Positions 59,874 to 64,000 of a DNA stretch of 64,000 nucleotides are shown here, piece after piece. Source of the stretch: Vicugna vicugna. Taxonomy: Eukaryota. The position numbers and the translations under genes are program-made. The notes under the pieces were generated by a model. The model did not search any database and had not been told where the DNA came from. It was given only the letters and a program-made list of their open reading frames with translations. The stretch's first letter is position 1; every line of letters starts with the position of its first letter. The stretch lies in the NCBI GenBank assembly GCA_013265495.1, contig MU061538.1, positions 124,001-188,000 of the forward strand, in the 5' to 3' direction.

Positions 59874-60021
59874 AACTTTTTTGTTTTTAATTTCATTTTC
59901 TGGAGGGGGAGGCAATTAGGTTTATATTTATTTATTTACTTTTTAATGGTGCTGGGGCTCGAACCCAGGACCTCTTGCATGCTAAGCACACACTCTACCG
60001 CTCACCTCCACCCTCCACCCC
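59874..60021 (-). mobile_element. tRNA-derived SINE (camelid Vic-1-like) with TSD
   Basis: T-rich tail, ggtgctggggctcgaacccaggacctc...atgctaagcacacactctacc. TSD tagccat(a/g)tttt at 59862-59873 and 60023-60034. Confidence 0.85.
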
Positions 60022-60959
60022 GTAGCCATGTTTTTAGATGAAGTTTGAGAAATAGTTTGTGGGAAAGTGTGCTGATGTTCTGGTTCCTCACGGCGTGGCT
60101 CTCCGCAGTGTCTAGCTGGAGACTGTCCACTTGCGTGTGCTCCCCGAGCGCTGACATGGATTCTCGAGCTGCCTGCGCTGTGGTGTTGCCCGCTGTCCAG
60201 AGCAGAGTTCCTGCATCGCCCCGAGTAGAGGAGGACGTGCCCCTGGTGTCTCACTCATGGCAGCTCTTGGAAAGCCAGTGTTTTGCTTCCAAAGCTTTAA
60301 GAAACCAATCATGAGCAGAACCAGGATTTTATCTCACCAGCTCTAAAATGATGGCTTTTCAGCATTTTGAAAAGCAGTTCTTCTGCCAGAATTTGAAACA
60401 GCAAATTGAATTTATGAGGTCAAGGTGAAACTAGCAAATATGACAAGGAGAGGAACGTTCATGAATGAAAAAGAGGACGAGACGGTCACTGGTCAGAGAG
60501 CTAAACGAGGAATTGGCTGGGCGCTCGGGCAGGGTGAAGCAGGGGCACGAGGGCGATTTAGCCCCATGTTTAGATTTCTGTGCAAGAAACAGGGGCGCCC
60601 AGAGCAGGCCAGCCGCTTCCCTGAGGGACGGACAAGGCCTGGTGTTCTCTGCCCTCCAGGGCCGCCCGCCCTCCCCTCCTGCTTGAGCCCCAGGCTGGTC
60701 CGGCGTCTGGCTCGGGCCCCGGCCCCTGGGCAGTGGGAACCCAGCAGGCACTGAGAAGGGGCAGGAGGGTCTGGGTTCCTTCCCGGGACCCCACCCGGTC
60801 AGCCCTGTTCTGGAGCTGCGGGCTCCCCTCCCACAGTGTCCGCACCCTCTGGGGCCGTGGTGCAGGCCTGGGGTTGCGCTTGGCCCCTGAGGTCCTCCGC
60901 CTCCGCACACCCTTGTGAGGGTGAACCCTCTCCAGGTCGGCTCCACTGGACCCAGCCGT

Positions 60960-61105
60960 CTGTCTTGGGCATCTGTAACGAACTGGGCCGCTCAGACTGC
61001 AGACGCTTGTTTCTTGTCGTTCTGGGGGCTGGACGTCCAAGGTCAGGGCGAGGGTGCTGCGGTCCCGTGTCTGGGAGATCTCTTCCCAGCTTGCAGATGC
61101 CGCGG
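60960..61105. mobile_element. MLT1 (ERVL-MaLR) LTR remnant
   Basis: gttctgggggctggacgtccaaggtcagg...ctcttcccagcttgcagatg resembles the MLT1 motif. Confidence 0.55.
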
Positions 61106-64000
61106 GCGGGAGAGAGCTGGAGGGGGCGAGCTCCTCACGTCCCCTCCCACCGGCCGTCACGGGGCTCCGCCCTCCGGACTGAAGCCCCGCCCCTGACCCG
61201 GCGCCCTGGGGGTGCAGGGCACGGGCGTGCAGGCACGCGCCGCCCGCAGCACCTGCCTCCTCCCCCTCCTCCCTGGCTAACAGGGCATCCGCTCGGCTCT
61301 CCCCAGGTTCTGGCGCAGGTGAAGGTGGGGCTGGACGCCACGGCAGCTGACAGCCCAGCTGGTCTCCTCAGACCTGGTGTAGCAGGTGGACGTTGCCCGA
61401 CAGGCCTACTTCCTTAGTTTCTTCTCATCGTTTGCTTGTTTTCTTGAAAGTGACACCAACATTTTTACGAACCCAATCAAAGCCTCGAATCTAAATGCTT
61501 CAGTTTCGCTCGGCCGGCTGGTTTACTAGTCCCTATCTGCACCCTGACTTGCAGCAAAGCTTAAAGAGCATTCAGGCCCTCCTATTTCAGGTTTCATGTT
61601 GTCAGATTTGTTGCTGTAGTGGCTCGGGCCAGTGAGGTCTGGGGCTGCGTCCCCAGCAGCTGCAGTTGGCAGGGCGCTGGGCTGGGCGGGGCTGCTGGGT
61701 CCTGACCTTCGACTGTGAGCTGAGCCCTGGTTTCCCTTGTTCCTCTTTCCTGGCCTGGACCTGGCCTTTTAAAGCACTCGTTTTGCAGTATTTTTTCTGA
61801 TGTGAAAATACCACAGGCTCATGGGGGAAACTGTAGACTTTCCATGAAGGATGAAGAAGAGAAAACTGACCCCACCAAGCACGGCCCCCGTGTTAGACCT
61901 GACGTTCGTCTTTCCAGTCTTTTTCAAAGTCATGGTTAGAAAGGAAAACATGTGGTTGTGAACATACCTGACACACCATTTGTACTCTGCTGGCTTCGCT
62001 TTGCATCGTGTGAGCGATTTACCAAGTAATTGAGAAACTCTTTACAGCCTCATTTTTGACAGTTGCCTAATGAGAATTTTCATATGTTTTGAATAAATAA
62101 CCGCCTGAATGCTACGAGGAGGACCACCTGTGCCCTGTGATCCCTGGGGAGGCCCAAGCCACCCACCCCTCTGGCTTTCTCTCTTTTTCAGTGTGCTTCT
62201 GACAGTGGTCCAGTCGCTGAGGGCAAGATTTCAAACACGGTCACGTGCTGGGGGAGATGCGAAGGCAGGCACTGCCTTCCGACTCACCTGGTGCGGAGTC
62301 TCCCAGGGCCCCCCGAGGAGGTGTTGTTGATGCCCGTTTCACAGAAAGGAAAATGGAGGGGTAGTCAGCATGAATAGCTTGTCCTGTTCTTGCAGCCATG
62401 GGGTGGAGCCGGGGTTTGGAGGCTCATGGTTTCCCCTGTTCTGTGTTGTCAAAAGTACCAGAGACCAAAGCTGCTTTTTTCTTTGACAAGATTGTGGCAG
62501 GAACACGAGATGCCTTTGCTGCAGGGTAACGTGGAGCTTCAGCTGTCCTCGGAGGGTGTGAGTAGGAGCCCCAGGAAAGGGGCTTCCCAGCCGGGACGTC
62601 ATCCGGGCGGGACGCAGAAGGGTTGGGGGCTTCGAGGAGCCCGTCAGTGCCTCAGGTCTCAAGGAGGCCGTGAGGGGTTGGTGGATGGCGGTGCACCCCC
62701 TGCCCCGAGCCCGCACGCCGTGACCGTGCTGAGCGGGGGAACAAGCACCTTGTCTCTGTTGATCTCGAGGCTCATCTCTGTTGACGAGCTGCCTGGAGCT
62801 GGGAAGTGAGCTGAGGTCAGACCCTGAGTGGAAGGCGGCCAGGGATGCTAAGCAGTGACCTAGCTTTGGCTGGACAGTGAGGCCCACTCAGCAGAGGATG
62901 GTGTTCGGGAGGGGCCATGGCGGTGGCCGGAGCACAGGTGTCTGCAGGTGAGGTTTGGAGGAGTTCTTGGAGGTGCTTGGAGCGTGAGGGAGGCAGAGAC
63001 ACTCTCAGGAGTCCAGAGGCACGTGTGGAACATCCATCACAGCACAAAGCTGTCCCTGACAGAGCCCGGGGCCGGGCAGTTACGGCCCCACACCAGGCCC
63101 GGCACCCCCCCGGGGTGGGTGGGGATACAGCCTCCAGGCACCTCAGGTGAAGGTCCCTCCAGCACGGCTGGCAGCCGGGGAAGAGGGCAGCCAGGTTCCG
63201 ACTTGTGTCTCCTCGGTGAGTCCCGTTGCACGGAGTCCCCGCATGGAGCAGGGGCTACAGGTTTAGCCATCGTTCCTTCCTCGTCACTGCCTGTTGAGCA
63301 GCCGGCTGAGTCCCTACCGTGTGCCAGCCACACACACTCCTTGGGCCGGAGTGGGGCTTTGAACCACAGCCAGAAGGGGGTGTGCAGGCAGCTGTGCCCT
63401 GTGCCCTCCAGCTGCAGCCCGGATGCCGGTTTTGGTGACTGTTCTCACGGCCGAGTGGGCTCTTCCCTGAGCCCCAGGCCTGCGTGCCCCTCCCGACCCC
63501 GGCCTGGTGTTCATGGCCGTGTTCCAGGGTCAGTCTCTCACTCTGGGCTCCTCACCTCCTGCTGGCCCGGCCTTGCTGCCCCACCGAGCATGTTCATCCT
63601 GGCCCCAGGCTGAGTGTGTGTCCTGTGAGGCCCTGTGTTCTCCCCTCCTGACACCCACGCTCTGGGCCTGGGGGCCATGTCTGGGGCCGTGTGAGTGGGG
63701 TGGGAGGCTCCCGGCGCCACAAGCAGACTGTGTCCAGGGCGCGGGTCCCGAGGAGACGGCGGGGCTGCGCCTGGCTCGACGTGACACCCATGTCAGGGAG
63801 GGGAGGGCGTGGGCTGAGGTTGGGGAGCCCACCGCGCTGTGTGCCCAGCCTGCAGCCCAGCAAGTTCGGAGAAGAGGAAGGACACTCGTGGGGAACTCCT
63901 GTGAGCTGGGGACACAATTCCCACCTTGTGTTGCTGGGGGGCCTGAACACGGTGGGGGTGCTGCAGCCTGCGTGCTGGGGGTGGGCTTTGGTGAGCGCTG

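Larger units (their letters stand above)
36057..64000 (+). other. PTPRN2: Probable intron 1 of PTPRN2 (non-coding; 5' boundary uncertain)
   Basis: No recognisable protein-coding exon across 28 kb. PTPRN2 has a very long first intron, and no exon-2-like GCLxExGLC peptide was seen. Synteny inference. Confidence 0.55.

Noticed and set aside
36600..64000. Many 60-300 aa ORFs on both strands (e.g. 51332..52237, 43663..44448, 54903..55658)
   Set aside because: Overlapping in all frames, no recognisable domains and no coherent exon chain; expected by chance at this GC content

Overview
Mammalian genomic DNA, GC-rich and probably camelid, judged from Vic-1-like tRNA SINEs and camelid-type L1 3' ends. 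Positions 2092-25728 (+) hold the last 17 coding exons of NCAPG2 (condensin II subunit G2). All introns are GT-AG, the phases are consistent, and the exons give 758 C-terminal residues plus a TAA stop. A 3' UTR with AATAAA at 26044 follows. The last intron contains a younger L1 nested in an older antisense L1. A roughly 9 kb intergenic stretch carries L1 fragments, a solo ERV1/MER41-like LTR and CTCF-like motifs. A strong CpG island (~35.4-36.5 kb), broken by a 306-nt N gap, is by synteny most likely the PTPRN2 promoter and exon 1, making 36-64 kb PTPRN2 intron 1. No PTPRN2 coding sequence is directly readable. Nearly all ORF-track entries are chance GC-rich frames. I found no novel biological system; the findings are modest, testable splicing, regulatory and evolutionary observations. 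Comparisons to human proteins and repeat consensus sequences are from recall, not database searches.
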